Positions 9,779 through 18,916 of a DNA stretch of 64,000 nucleotides are shown here, in pieces. The notes under the pieces are model-generated. The model was not told the DNA's origin, did not search any database, and was given only the letters and a program-made list of their open reading frames with translations. Every line of letters begins with the position of its first letter. Positions within the stretch are counted from its first letter, which is position 1. The translations under genes and the position numbers were made by a program. The stretch is from contig CAJJBW010000004.1 in assembly GCA_905182515.1 (NCBI GenBank), positions 33,131 to 97,130 of the forward strand, given 5' to 3'. The stretch is from an uncultured Candidatus Poseidoniales archaeon. GTDB taxonomy: Archaea > Thermoplasmatota > Poseidoniia > Poseidoniales > Thalassarchaeaceae.

Positions 9779-11071
9779 TCACATAAAAATTAAAGCGGGG
9801 CTTTCAAGCATTCTTTTAAGATGCTGAATTAACGCCGCTCCATCCGCTCCATCTACTACTCTATGATCAAATGAGCTTGAAACATTCATTATTCTCCTTA
9901 TTGTAATTTGCCCATCTCGTACTACAGGCATGTCTCTAGCCTTATGTACGCCTAAAATGGCTACTTCAGGATGATTAATTATTGGAGTTGCACCAAGCCC
10001 TCCATCTCTTCCTAAACTAGTAATTGTAAATGTTGAGCCACTTAATTCATCTAAACTAGCGTTGCCATTACGCGCAGCCCCCGAGACTCTTTGCATTTCT
10101 GAAGCAGACCCCCAAATATCCCTAGTTTCTACATGCTTCACTACTGGGACATACAATCCTCTCTCAGTTTGTGTCGCTATGCCGAGATGTACTCCGCCAA
10201 ATCTTTTGACAATGTTTACTTGATCATCAAATCTAGCATTACATTCTGGGTGTTCGGGCAGAATTTTGGATAATGCCATCATTATAAATGGTAAATATGT
10301 CAATTTAGGTTGTGAATCATCTTTACTGCTATTTAATATCAGTCTCAACTCTTCTAGTTGCGTCACATCTATTTCTTCAAAATATGAGAAATGAGGTATT
10401 GTGCGTTTGCTTAGTACCATTTGTTCTGCAATCTTTCTTCTAAGTCCTACGACTTTGACTTCTGTAATATTTTCCCTTTTGATTTTAATTATACTTGGTA
10501 AATTTCCAGATACAGTGCCTTTAGTTGCTATATTGAGATCCAAATCTGCATGTTGAACCCTCCCAGCTGGTCCAGAGCCAATTATATTTACTAAATTTAT
10601 TCCAGCCTCTCTTGCCCTTCTTCTCACTGCAGGACTTGCCAAAACACTTCCTTTAGCAATATTATTACTGGACCTAACTTCTCTGTCGATGGGTATAGAT
10701 GGAACAACAGATTTAGGTATAACAACCGGAGTAGATATGACTACTTGTTCAGGTGTATCAATTGATTCAGATGCAACTACTTTTTCAGGAGTAGTAATTG
10801 TTTCTGAATCTCCCTCACTCTCTCCGGAATCATTTACATCAAAGCTAATTAATGTCGTTCCTACTGCAACCATGTCGCCAATATCGCCACTTAATGATAA
10901 TACATTACCATTCACAGGCGATGGTATTGTAACGGTCGCCTTATCAGTCATAACATCGACTATTTCATCATCTTCTTTGACTAAATCTCCAATTTTAATA
11001 TGCCAAGCAACTATTTCCCCTTCTACTACTCCTTCTCCAATATCTGGAAGTTTAAATTCATATTTTGTCAT
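9779..11071 (-). CDS. Dihydrolipoamide acyltransferase (E2) of a 2-oxoacid dehydrogenase complex
   Basis: Lipoyl domain with VDVMTDKATVTIPS. Subunit-binding domain ASPAVRRRAREAGINL. Catalytic SFDHRVVDGA. AGGAGG lies 6 nt upstream of the ATG. Confidence 0.9.
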   Translation of the reverse strand: MTKYEFKLPDIGEGVVEGEIVAWHIKIGDLVKEDDEIVDVMTDKATVTIPSPVNGNVLSLSGDIGDMVAVGTTLISFDVNDSGESEGDSETITTPEKVVASESIDTPEQVVISTPVVIPKSVVPSIPIDREVRSSNNIAKGSVLASPAVRRRAREAGINLVNIIGSGPAGRVQHADLDLNIATKGTVSGNLPSIIKIKRENITEVKVVGLRRKIAEQMVLSKRTIPHFSYFEEIDVTQLEELRLILNSSKDDSQPKLTYLPFIMMALSKILPEHPECNARFDDQVNIVKRFGGVHLGIATQTERGLYVPVVKHVETRDIWGSASEMQRVSGAARNGNASLDELSGSTFTITSLGRDGGLGATPIINHPEVAILGVHKARDMPVVRDGQITIRRIMNVSSSFDHRVVDGADGAALIQHLKRMLESPALIFM

Positions 11072-11072
11072 A

Positions 11073-12083
11073 TCATTCCTCCTGTGTTTTCTTAATTGCT
11101 GCAGCTATCCGTGGTGGACTTGGCATGTAATCCCATTCAGTAGTATGCGGGAATGGGGTATCCCAACCTGCTACTCTGATAATTGGACTTTCTAGGCTAT
11201 AGAAACACCTTTCTTGTATTGATGCAGCCAATTCAGATCCAAAGCCACTAGTTTTTGGAGCTTCGTGAACAATAACACATCTTCCAGTTTTTTTAACTGA
11301 GTTAATAATTGTTTCTTTATCCCAGGGAATAAGGGTTTGCAAGTCAATCAAATCACAACTTAATCCTGAATCTTTTATTGCTTGTTCTGCAACATGTACC
11401 ATAGTTCCCCATGCAATTACAGTACAATCATTACCTTCCATGGCTACTCTTGCTTGTCCTAATGGAATTTTATAATGCGATTCAGGAACTTCTGATTCTG
11501 GATGATTTTTCCAAGTTGGGACATTGTGTGGGTCTCCATAAAATGGTCCTCTATAGCACCTCTTTGGTTCAAAAAATATTACTGGGTCATTAGATTCTAT
11601 GGCACTAATTAATAATCCCTTTGAATTATAAGGAGTTGAACAGTATACCACTTTTAACCCAGGTGTATGGGTAAATTGTGATTCTGGCGATTGAGAGTGA
11701 TGATGGCCTCCTCGGATACCCCCTCCTGCAGGTGTACGAAATGTTACTGGGCACCAAAATTCTCCTCCTGATCGATGCCTAACTTTTGCTATTTCATTCA
11801 CTATTTGATCATATGCTGGAAATATATAATCTGCAAATTGTATTTCTACTACTGGCCTTAATCCATTTATTCCCATGCCAAATGCAGTCGCTGCTATTCC
11901 ACCCTCTGATAGCGGAGAATCAAAAACACGATGTTTACCGAACTTTTTTTGGAGCCCGTCGCTTGTCCTAAAAACTCCTCCGAAATATCCTATATCTTCT
12001 CCAAATAATATTATATTTTCATCCTTCTCGAGCATATTACTCAAGGCACTATTGACTGACTGCACCATGTTCATCTCAACCAA
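11073..12083 (-). CDS. 2-oxoacid dehydrogenase E1 component, beta subunit
   Basis: FGEDIGYFGGVFRTSDGLQKKFG..RVFDSPLSEGGI and EIQFADYIFPAYDQI. TTG start immediately after the E1alpha stop. Confidence 0.9.
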   Translation of the reverse strand: MVEMNMVQSVNSALSNMLEKDENIILFGEDIGYFGGVFRTSDGLQKKFGKHRVFDSPLSEGGIAATAFGMGINGLRPVVEIQFADYIFPAYDQIVNEIAKVRHRSGGEFWCPVTFRTPAGGGIRGGHHHSQSPESQFTHTPGLKVVYCSTPYNSKGLLISAIESNDPVIFFEPKRCYRGPFYGDPHNVPTWKNHPESEVPESHYKIPLGQARVAMEGNDCTVIAWGTMVHVAEQAIKDSGLSCDLIDLQTLIPWDKETIINSVKKTGRCVIVHEAPKTSGFGSELAASIQERCFYSLESPIIRVAGWDTPFPHTTEWDYMPSPPRIAAAIKKTQEE

Positions 12084-13328
12084 TTAATCCACACTCCATT
12101 TTTTCATTTCATCCCATTGCTCTTGAAGATGCCATGGTACTTTCTCGTATACTTCAGTAAAAATTGTATCGGAAGAAGGATATGGGCCATTTGCCAAATC
12201 TCCATACTTAATTGCCTCTTTATAGGCTACAATTACCTCTTCATCTATATCTTTTTCTAACTCCAAATGACGATCTTCAGACCATTCATAATTTTTTATT
12301 AAATGTTGTTTTAATCTTTCTATTGGATCTCCGCCGGGCCAAAACTCATGCTCATTTGAAGGACGATATCTAGATGGGTCGTCACTACTGCTATGAGCAC
12401 CTGCCCTATATGTTAAAATTTCAATATGGGTAGCACCTAAGCCACTATTAGCTCTTTCTCTGGCCCATTTAGTTACAGAATATAGTGCTAAGAAATCATT
12501 TCCATCTACTCTGAAACAAGGAATTCCATATGCCAAACCTCTGCTTGCAAAATTTGCACTACCGCTAGCTACATTATAATGAGTTGAAATTGCCCAGTGG
12601 TTATTCACAACATTAAGTATAACTGGAGCTTTGAAAACACTAGCAAAATTAAGTCCATAGTGGTAATCTCCTTCTGCCGACGCTCCTTCACCAATCCATG
12701 TTATCGTAACTTCATCTAATTTCTTATACTTGGATGCCATTGCGACCCCAACAGCCTGACTAAATTGAGTTCCCACGGGGCTAGATACAGAAATATATCT
12801 ACCTTCCTTATAGGTATAATGAACAGGCATCTGCCTTCCTTTTACATTATCTTCTACGTTACCAATACAATGGCAAATCATACTGACCATACTGCGTCCT
12901 CTCACAAATTGGGCCCCGGGTTGTCGATAAGTAGGGAATATCCAATCTTGTTCATTTAGTGCCATTGTTTGAGCAATTGCAATACATTCTTCTCCAAGTG
13001 ATTGCATGTAAAAGGATAATTTTCCAGTTCTCTGCATTTTCATCATTCTATCATCGAAAATACGTAATCTAACCATATGTTTTAGCCCTTGTAGAAGTTC
13101 AGAGTATGTTAATTTCGGGTCCCATTCTCCTGATGCCATTCCTTCATCATCAAGTACTCTGATTAAACCTCTGGAGTGATCATATGTCTCATCTGCGTCG
13201 CATTCTATATCAGGTTTCGTCAAATCTTGGGGCGTCCAAGTCCATTCTTCAAAAACTGGTATATCTCCTGGCCTAAAAGGGGCATCAGGGATGTGAAGTG
13301 GAATATCTTCTCTCTCCTCAGTAGACAT
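12084..13328 (-). CDS. 2-oxoacid dehydrogenase E1 component, alpha subunit (branched-chain/pyruvate type, TPP-dependent)
   Basis: TPP-binding region GEGASAEGDYHYGLNFASVFKAPVILNVVNNHWAIST and TYRAGAHSSSDDPSRYR. Confidence 0.9.
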   Translation of the reverse strand: MSTEEREDIPLHIPDAPFRPGDIPVFEEWTWTPQDLTKPDIECDADETYDHSRGLIRVLDDEGMASGEWDPKLTYSELLQGLKHMVRLRIFDDRMMKMQRTGKLSFYMQSLGEECIAIAQTMALNEQDWIFPTYRQPGAQFVRGRSMVSMICHCIGNVEDNVKGRQMPVHYTYKEGRYISVSSPVGTQFSQAVGVAMASKYKKLDEVTITWIGEGASAEGDYHYGLNFASVFKAPVILNVVNNHWAISTHYNVASGSANFASRGLAYGIPCFRVDGNDFLALYSVTKWARERANSGLGATHIEILTYRAGAHSSSDDPSRYRPSNEHEFWPGGDPIERLKQHLIKNYEWSEDRHLELEKDIDEEVIVAYKEAIKYGDLANGPYPSSDTIFTEVYEKVPWHLQEQWDEMKKWSVD

Positions 13329-13371
13329 GTACCTATCCCGACCCCATAGTTATATTATATTATTTGGAACA

Positions 13372-14421
13372 TTAATTTATTTCTTCTCTGTGATATGAAA
13401 TATTGCTTACTGCGGAACCTCTGGCATCCAATGTGGCCACAAGGGGCCCTCCTTCGGATTCTTCCCATAATAATCCAGCTCGATAAGATGACCTTACCAA
13501 TGGGCCGCTTGCAACTGCGGAGAAACCAATATTTCTAGCAATTTCATCATACATTGCAAACTTCTCAGGTTCCGGAAATCGAGAAACAGGAAGATGCTTG
13601 TAACTAGGTTGTAAGTATTGGCCAAGGGTAATCATATCTACTCCTGCACTTTTCATTTGAATCATCGCTTCTACAATTTCATCATCAGTTTCACCAACAC
13701 CAACCATTAAGCTAGATTTTATTTTTATATCGGGACGTAGTTTTTTTGCCTCTGATATTATGTTCAATGATTGAGTAAATGATGCTCTCTTATCTCTCAC
13801 AACTGAGTCTAGACGTGGCACGCATTCAACATTATGAGCAAAAACTTTTAGAGGTAAATCTTCTAATAACATCTTTAATGCATTTAAATTTCCATCTAAA
13901 TCTGAACATAATAATTCCAATCCAACTTTTGGAACTTCATCTTTCACTGCAATTATGCACTTCCTATAATGTTCGGCGCCACCATCATCCAAATCATCTC
14001 TATTTACTACTGTTATGACTGCATAATCTAAACCCATTCTCTTTATCGCTTCTGCTAACTCTTGTGGCTCATTCTCATTTAATTCTTCTGGCTTTTTGAC
14101 CGTGCCGACTGCACAAAATTTACACCCCCTTGTACAAACTTCTCCTGCTACCATAAATGTTGCAGTACCTCTACTCCAACAATCATGAATATTAGGGCAT
14201 TTGGCTTCTTCACAAACAGTATGTAATCCATGCTTACGAACACTTTCTTTAGATTCATTAAATCTTTCTTGTGCTTTCCCTGTTGGTAGGGAAGTTTTGA
14301 ACCATTTAGGAAGCCTTTTCCTTTTCAATTTCCTTCTTTCCGAAGCAGTAAGGTGTGCATTATTGAGAGTCACCTCAATACCACTCACCTCTGTCTCCGA
14401 AATGGGAAGGTGCGGTGCCAT
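13372..14421 (-). CDS. lipA: Lipoyl synthase (radical SAM)
   Basis: CEEAKCPNIHDCW auxiliary-cluster motif and CTRGCKFC radical-SAM CxxxCxxC. The ORF opens at TTG 14448. ATG at 14421 is chosen as the start. Confidence 0.9.
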   Translation of the reverse strand: MAPHLPISETEVSGIEVTLNNAHLTASERRKLKRKRLPKWFKTSLPTGKAQERFNESKESVRKHGLHTVCEEAKCPNIHDCWSRGTATFMVAGEVCTRGCKFCAVGTVKKPEELNENEPQELAEAIKRMGLDYAVITVVNRDDLDDGGAEHYRKCIIAVKDEVPKVGLELLCSDLDGNLNALKMLLEDLPLKVFAHNVECVPRLDSVVRDKRASFTQSLNIISEAKKLRPDIKIKSSLMVGVGETDDEIVEAMIQMKSAGVDMITLGQYLQPSYKHLPVSRFPEPEKFAMYDEIARNIGFSAVASGPLVRSSYRAGLLWEESEGGPLVATLDARGSAVSNISYHREEIN

Positions 14422-14513
14422 TAGTATAGACGAACGGACGTTGAACAATAACCATTATCATAATGTAATAATAATTGACTTTCCTAAAAGTAGTAAAAAG
14501 CCCATGCATCTCG

Positions 14514-15281
14514 ATGGCCATGAGTCGCGGTACGGTGTTAGTTACGGGAGGCGCAAAAAGAATAGGAAAAACCATTTCAACATTGCTTGCTTCTGAAGGC
14601 TATTCTATAGCAATACATTATAATAAATCTGAGAAAGAAGCAACTAAATTATCTAATTCAATAAAAGTTAATGGGGGGAGATCGGATATATTTCATGCAA
14701 ATCTTTTAGATCCCGATTCCGTATCGTCATTGATTTCTAAAGTAGTTTTAAGCCTTGGCCCTGTAACTGGGTTAGTAAATAATGCTTCAATGTTTGCCTA
14801 TGATGATATTTTAACCTTAGAATCTAATATGTGGGATGAGCATATGAATGTAAATGCAAAAGCCCCTGTTTTATTGATAAAGGAATTACTTAATGTGACT
14901 AAGAATGGTTCAAGAGCATGTGTTGTAAATATTTTAGATCAAAAAGTTGCTAACCCTAGTCCAGATTATTTATCATATACTGCTTCAAGATATGCATTAC
15001 TGGGGTTGACTGATGCGTTAGCTCGAGGCTTAGCTCCAAAAATAAGGGTTAATGCCGTGGCACCAGGGCATACTATGCCTAGCGACGAACAGTCTGAAAC
15101 AGGTTTTAAAAAAGCACAAAGCGAATCCCCACTTGGCTTTGGCCCCAATTCTCAGGACATTGCTGAAGCTGTTTCATTTCTGATTAATGCAAGGGCAGTG
15201 ACAGGACAAATTATATTTGTAGATGCGGGTGAAAGATTTCTTTCCCGTAAACGAGATGTATTATTTGAAACTGAGGTTTAG
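14514..15281 (+). CDS. Short-chain dehydrogenase/reductase, pteridine-reductase (FolM/PTR1)-like
   Basis: VLVTGGAKRIGKTIS (TGxxxRIG), NNAS, and SYTASRYALLGL, where the usual YxxxK reads YxxxR. A PG motif follows (VAPGHT). A 2-nt gap separates it from folB. Confidence 0.65.
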   Translation: MAMSRGTVLVTGGAKRIGKTISTLLASEGYSIAIHYNKSEKEATKLSNSIKVNGGRSDIFHANLLDPDSVSSLISKVVLSLGPVTGLVNNASMFAYDDILTLESNMWDEHMNVNAKAPVLLIKELLNVTKNGSRACVVNILDQKVANPSPDYLSYTASRYALLGLTDALARGLAPKIRVNAVAPGHTMPSDEQSETGFKKAQSESPLGFGPNSQDIAEAVSFLINARAVTGQIIFVDAGERFLSRKRDVLFETEV

Positions 15282-15283
15282 GC

Positions 15284-15676
15284 ATGAAAAAAAATACCTC
15301 TTTCCCTGACTCTAATGGAGATGAATCATATGATACTATATTTATGGAAGAAGTAGTTAGAACCATAGATATTGGAATTTATGATTTTGAAATAGGTAAC
15401 CCTCAAAGGTTGAGTTTCGATTTTTATGTCAAATTAAAAATCTCAAAGAATTTAACCAATGATGATATAAATCAAGTTTTAAATTATGAATATTTAGTTA
15501 AAACATTGGATTCAGTTATCTCTAATAATCGATTTTTCTTATTAGAAACTCTTGCTGAGAGATTAATGAAGGATATTTTGATTCCTGAGAATGTCACTGC
15601 AGCATCAATTTTTATATCTAAATTAGATATTTTAGAGTCAGGTAAAATTGGCTATTCCATGACTAGAATAAAGTAG
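15284..15676 (+). CDS. folB: Dihydroneopterin aldolase-like protein
   Basis: YDFEIGNPQRLSFDFYVKL (E...Q.f.vD pattern), and LNYEYLVKTLDSVISNNRFFLLETLAERLMKDIL matching the FolB vdY..v....f.LiEtlAe core. Confidence 0.7.
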   Translation: MKKNTSFPDSNGDESYDTIFMEEVVRTIDIGIYDFEIGNPQRLSFDFYVKLKISKNLTNDDINQVLNYEYLVKTLDSVISNNRFFLLETLAERLMKDILIPENVTAASIFISKLDILESGKIGYSMTRIK

Positions 15677-15688
15677 TAATTGGTATTA

Positions 15689-15773
15689 TGGTGCTGGGAG
15701 TGGGATTTGAACCCACGAAGGCTTTGCCACCGGAGCTTAAGTCCGGCCCCTTTGACCACTCGGGTATCCCAGC
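15689..15773 (-). tRNA. tRNA-Leu (anticodon UAA) with a long variable arm and genomically encoded CCA
   Basis: Minus-strand sequence: GCTGGGATACCCGAGTGGTCAAAGGGGCCGGACTTAAGCTCCGGTGGCAAAGCCTTCGTGGGTTCAAATCCCACTCCCAGCACCA. Acceptor stem GCTGGGA/TCCCAGC. Anticodon stem CCGGA/TCCGG with loop CTTAAGC. T arm GTGGG-TTCAAAT-CCCAC. 13-nt variable region. Confidence 0.9.
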
Positions 15774-15889
15774 AAGCCTAGCGCCGCGGCTTCATGTTTT
15801 CAATCGAACTGATAATTTACTTTAATTATCGATGCATATAGTGTACTAACATCCCGAACGTTTTAACAATTTGATAATGCCCGGCAACT

Positions 15890-18835
15890 GTGGGAAATAA
15901 TTATCCGTCGCTTCGAGTGACAAAAAATATTCGTATTGCTCTGTTTTTAACATTGTTACTTTTAGCACCAATTTATTTATCTGCAACTCCTAATTTGGAA
16001 GAGCATCAACCTGAAGTTTCAAAATATGAAACTTCTCAAGATACTAATTTATATATTCTATATTTTGCTAAAAATGATAATAATGGTTCATCTGATGGTG
16101 ATTCGCTAATAACAACGCAAATACCTGAAGACGGAGACCAAGAAACAGGCAATACTTTAGATAACGGTATTGAATTTTCTACTGCGAAACTCCGTTCATC
16201 ATTAGAATTTACTACAAGAAGTCTACAAGGCAGTAGTAATGGTGATTATTATATTCCTCTGAATTTGTTTATTCGTTCTGCAGGGCCGAGCGGGGCAACT
16301 ATTGATTGGACTATTACTATGAAAGCCTCGGGATCTGTAATAGGGTCAATAACTGATGAGAGCCTTCCAGTTTGTAATTCCGGAATAGGAAGTAATTGCG
16401 ATGAATTTGGTCACGAGTCGTTTCAAGTAAATGTAGGAAATAGGGAAGAATTTACTGTTTCAAAGGATGAGAGGTTAGAAATTATTGTTGAAGCCTCCAT
16501 GGATGGTTGCGACGGCGGTGGCTTATTTTCGTCTTGTGAGGCAGAAGTTGCATGGAATAGAATCGATGGAGATGGAAATAGGTTTTCAAGCTTAGAAGTC
16601 GATGCTAATGCAATAGCAGACAGTTTGGTTGTTTTACAACGAGAAGGTTCCGAACTGGTTGAAGGGCCGGAATTAGAGTGGTATCCAAATGATATATTTT
16701 CAGAACGTACTATGCAATTTACATTTGATGTAAAAAGTGCATTTGGAAGATATGATATAGCAGATGTTCAACTTTTGATGAGAGACCCTGATGGAGTATA
16801 TCGTATAGATGAAGAGATACAAAGTGGCAATAATGAGGATATAGAAGACACAAGTGCAGGAATATTTGGTAAATATCTTTGGACTTATCCTAGCGGCCTA
16901 CCTTCCGGAGAATACTCTGTTGAACTAGAAGTTTCTGATATCCAGGGGAATACTATCGTCATAGAGCATGAAACTATCACAATGCTCCAGTGGGGCGTTG
17001 CAGTCAATCACCGTTTTGGTAATTATATAGAATTTATAGCACCGGGAGAGACAACTCCAATACCTTTACAATTAGTTCACAGAGGCGACTCCACAAAATC
17101 TATGCAAGTAGAATTAGAAGTCGAAACGAACTTAGGCAGTTCTTGGTTAATAGAATTTGATTCCCCTGGGGGGTACGATCTTAGGAAAGGTGGTGATGTG
17201 TTAAACCCAATATTGTCAATTACCGCCCCTGATGACCTTAGTCAGACTCCTGGTGTGATTAAAATTAGGGCCATTGCAAAGGCAACGGTTGAAGGAGTTT
17301 TAACGGTGGTTCACATAGATACTCTAGATTTAGACTTAGAAAAAATTGATGTTTACCAACCTCCTGAAATTTCGTTATGGTCCGAAGAACATGATACTGC
17401 AATAGCAAACTCAACCCGGGGTGATGCAATTGATTCTGAAATACCCAGATATGTTGAATACGGAGAATTTACCCCATTCTTGTTGGAAATTTTCAATACT
17501 GGTTTTGATGCAGACTCATTTAGAATAGATATTCTGCAACGTTCAAAAGCTATTTTTCAAATATTTGATAATGATACTGGAGACAGGATTCTTGAAGATG
17601 AAGGTGACGGGACCTTCCATATTTCTTTATTAGAGAGGCATTCTACTCATACTCTCAGATTCAGTGTCAAACCCTCTGATGATAGAGAAGATTTAGATAT
17701 TGGTCAGGTAGAATTAGAAGTAATAAGTGAAGGAAATGCTTCATCAAGGTCAACAATTGTTTTCACAATTCAAAGAACATTTGGAATCCGAGCGGAAGTA
17801 TCGCAAGATTGCGATGGCACACCCTTAGGGCACATCGAAGTTTCTTTATGCGATCCAAATAGTGAAAACCCCTTGGTTGATCTACGTGCGAGGATAACCA
17901 ATACGATGGAAAATGGCCAATCTTCTACTCTTTGGAGAATTCAAAACCCTGCATCTTTGGATAAAAATCTAGATATCAACCCAATCTATGGTCAATGGCA
18001 ATTCACAATTAAAGATAAAGATGGTAATTCTGTCCCTCGGGTAACCTTAGGGCCAAATGATTATACAGAAGTATTCGTGACTGCAATTCTAACAAACAAA
18101 GTTGAAGTCGGAAATCATACCCTATATCTAAGAATAATTGAGGATACAGAAGAAGAAAATCCTCGTTATTTCGATTTACCGATAACATTTGAAGTCGAAG
18201 CCGATGATCCAGATTTAGAGATAGTACAAATCTCTCCAGTTTCTCGGTTTATCCCGGGAGAGTCTTATTCATTACAAATGAAGATTCGGAATAAGGCAAA
18301 TACTCCTATGACTGTCTTATTGAATTCAGAGATAGATGATTCTGGTTGGACTATCTCTATTGAAGGTAAATCCGGATCTCCACTTATAGAACTTGGGGCC
18401 TTTGAAGAAGAAACCTTTACTGTTGATGTTACAGTTCCTGATGATGCTAATAACGGAGACAAAATTCCAATTATAATTTCAGCATCCCCTCTTGATATTC
18501 AACAAAGCTTTTCTGACGAATTCACTGCTGAATTTACATTAAATGCTGTTATAGAAATATCCTCAATATCTGAGATAATAATCAATGAGCTAACTCACCC
18601 TAGGTTATCAACACTGATTCTTGGATTGGTCACTATTCTAATATTATTTGCTGGTGTTCAAAGTCGTATGAATAAAAGAAAATGGGCAGCCCAAATGACA
18701 TATTTAGAAATGGTATCTAACTCAGAAAATAATGTTGAAATAATGGAAGAAGTTTCAGAAATTCCAAGCCCTGTTTTGACACTAGAAGATACACCAGTTG
18801 ATAGATACGCTGATGAAGATGTAGAACTTGTTTGA
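15890..18835 (+). CDS. Large surface protein: N-terminal signal/anchor, beta-sandwich (NEW3/CARDB-like) modules, C-terminal TM helix and acidic tail
   Basis: 981-codon ORF. N-terminal helix: IALFLTLLLLAPIYLSA. Motifs such as ITAPDDLSQTPGVIKIRAIA and VDVTVPDDANNGDKIPIIISA are typical of NEW3/CARDB modules. C-terminal helix: LSTLILGLVTILILFAGV. GTG start at 15890 lies 26 nt after the AT box TTTTAACA (15861-15868), so the mRNA may be leaderless. Confidence 0.6.
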   Translation: MGNNYPSLRVTKNIRIALFLTLLLLAPIYLSATPNLEEHQPEVSKYETSQDTNLYILYFAKNDNNGSSDGDSLITTQIPEDGDQETGNTLDNGIEFSTAKLRSSLEFTTRSLQGSSNGDYYIPLNLFIRSAGPSGATIDWTITMKASGSVIGSITDESLPVCNSGIGSNCDEFGHESFQVNVGNREEFTVSKDERLEIIVEASMDGCDGGGLFSSCEAEVAWNRIDGDGNRFSSLEVDANAIADSLVVLQREGSELVEGPELEWYPNDIFSERTMQFTFDVKSAFGRYDIADVQLLMRDPDGVYRIDEEIQSGNNEDIEDTSAGIFGKYLWTYPSGLPSGEYSVELEVSDIQGNTIVIEHETITMLQWGVAVNHRFGNYIEFIAPGETTPIPLQLVHRGDSTKSMQVELEVETNLGSSWLIEFDSPGGYDLRKGGDVLNPILSITAPDDLSQTPGVIKIRAIAKATVEGVLTVVHIDTLDLDLEKIDVYQPPEISLWSEEHDTAIANSTRGDAIDSEIPRYVEYGEFTPFLLEIFNTGFDADSFRIDILQRSKAIFQIFDNDTGDRILEDEGDGTFHISLLERHSTHTLRFSVKPSDDREDLDIGQVELEVISEGNASSRSTIVFTIQRTFGIRAEVSQDCDGTPLGHIEVSLCDPNSENPLVDLRARITNTMENGQSSTLWRIQNPASLDKNLDINPIYGQWQFTIKDKDGNSVPRVTLGPNDYTEVFVTAILTNKVEVGNHTLYLRIIEDTEEENPRYFDLPITFEVEADDPDLEIVQISPVSRFIPGESYSLQMKIRNKANTPMTVLLNSEIDDSGWTISIEGKSGSPLIELGAFEEETFTVDVTVPDDANNGDKIPIIISASPLDIQQSFSDEFTAEFTLNAVIEISSISEIIINELTHPRLSTLILGLVTILILFAGVQSRMNKRKWAAQMTYLEMVSNSENNVEIMEEVSEIPSPVLTLEDTPVDRYADEDVELV

Positions 18836-18846
18836 TTATTTATTTA

Positions 18847-18870
18847 TCAAATGTCTGAACTACGCTCCAT
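18847..18870 (+). promoter_or_regulatory. Conserved 24-nt upstream element, copy 1 (TCAAATGTCTGAACTACGCTCCAT)
   Basis: 21/24 identical to 56777-56800. It starts 70 nt upstream of the probable ATG (18917) of the 3000-aa gene, immediately after the AT-rich box TTATTTATTTAT. Confidence 0.5.
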
Positions 18871-18916
18871 TCTTCTTAAGACCCTCATATATCGCCCTAG
18901 ATTCGAGGTTAGTATA

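Noticed and set aside
8548-11195. Long plus-strand ORFs (8548-9060, 9112-9315, 9355-9717, 9578-9775, 10689-11195) opposite lpdA and the E2 gene
   Set aside because: They lie entirely antisense to genes with unambiguous enzyme motifs. Their translations are low-complexity S/P/T/I-rich strings with no motifs. They are typical shadow ORFs.
18851-18916. ATG at 18851 as the start of the 3000-aa gene (N-terminal MSELRSILLKTLIYRPRFEVSI)
   Set aside because: The paralogous upstream element at 56777-56800 has ACG at the equivalent position and an in-frame stop. GAGGT precedes ATG 18917, and the signal-anchor sequence begins just after that Met. The extension is therefore probably untranslated leader.
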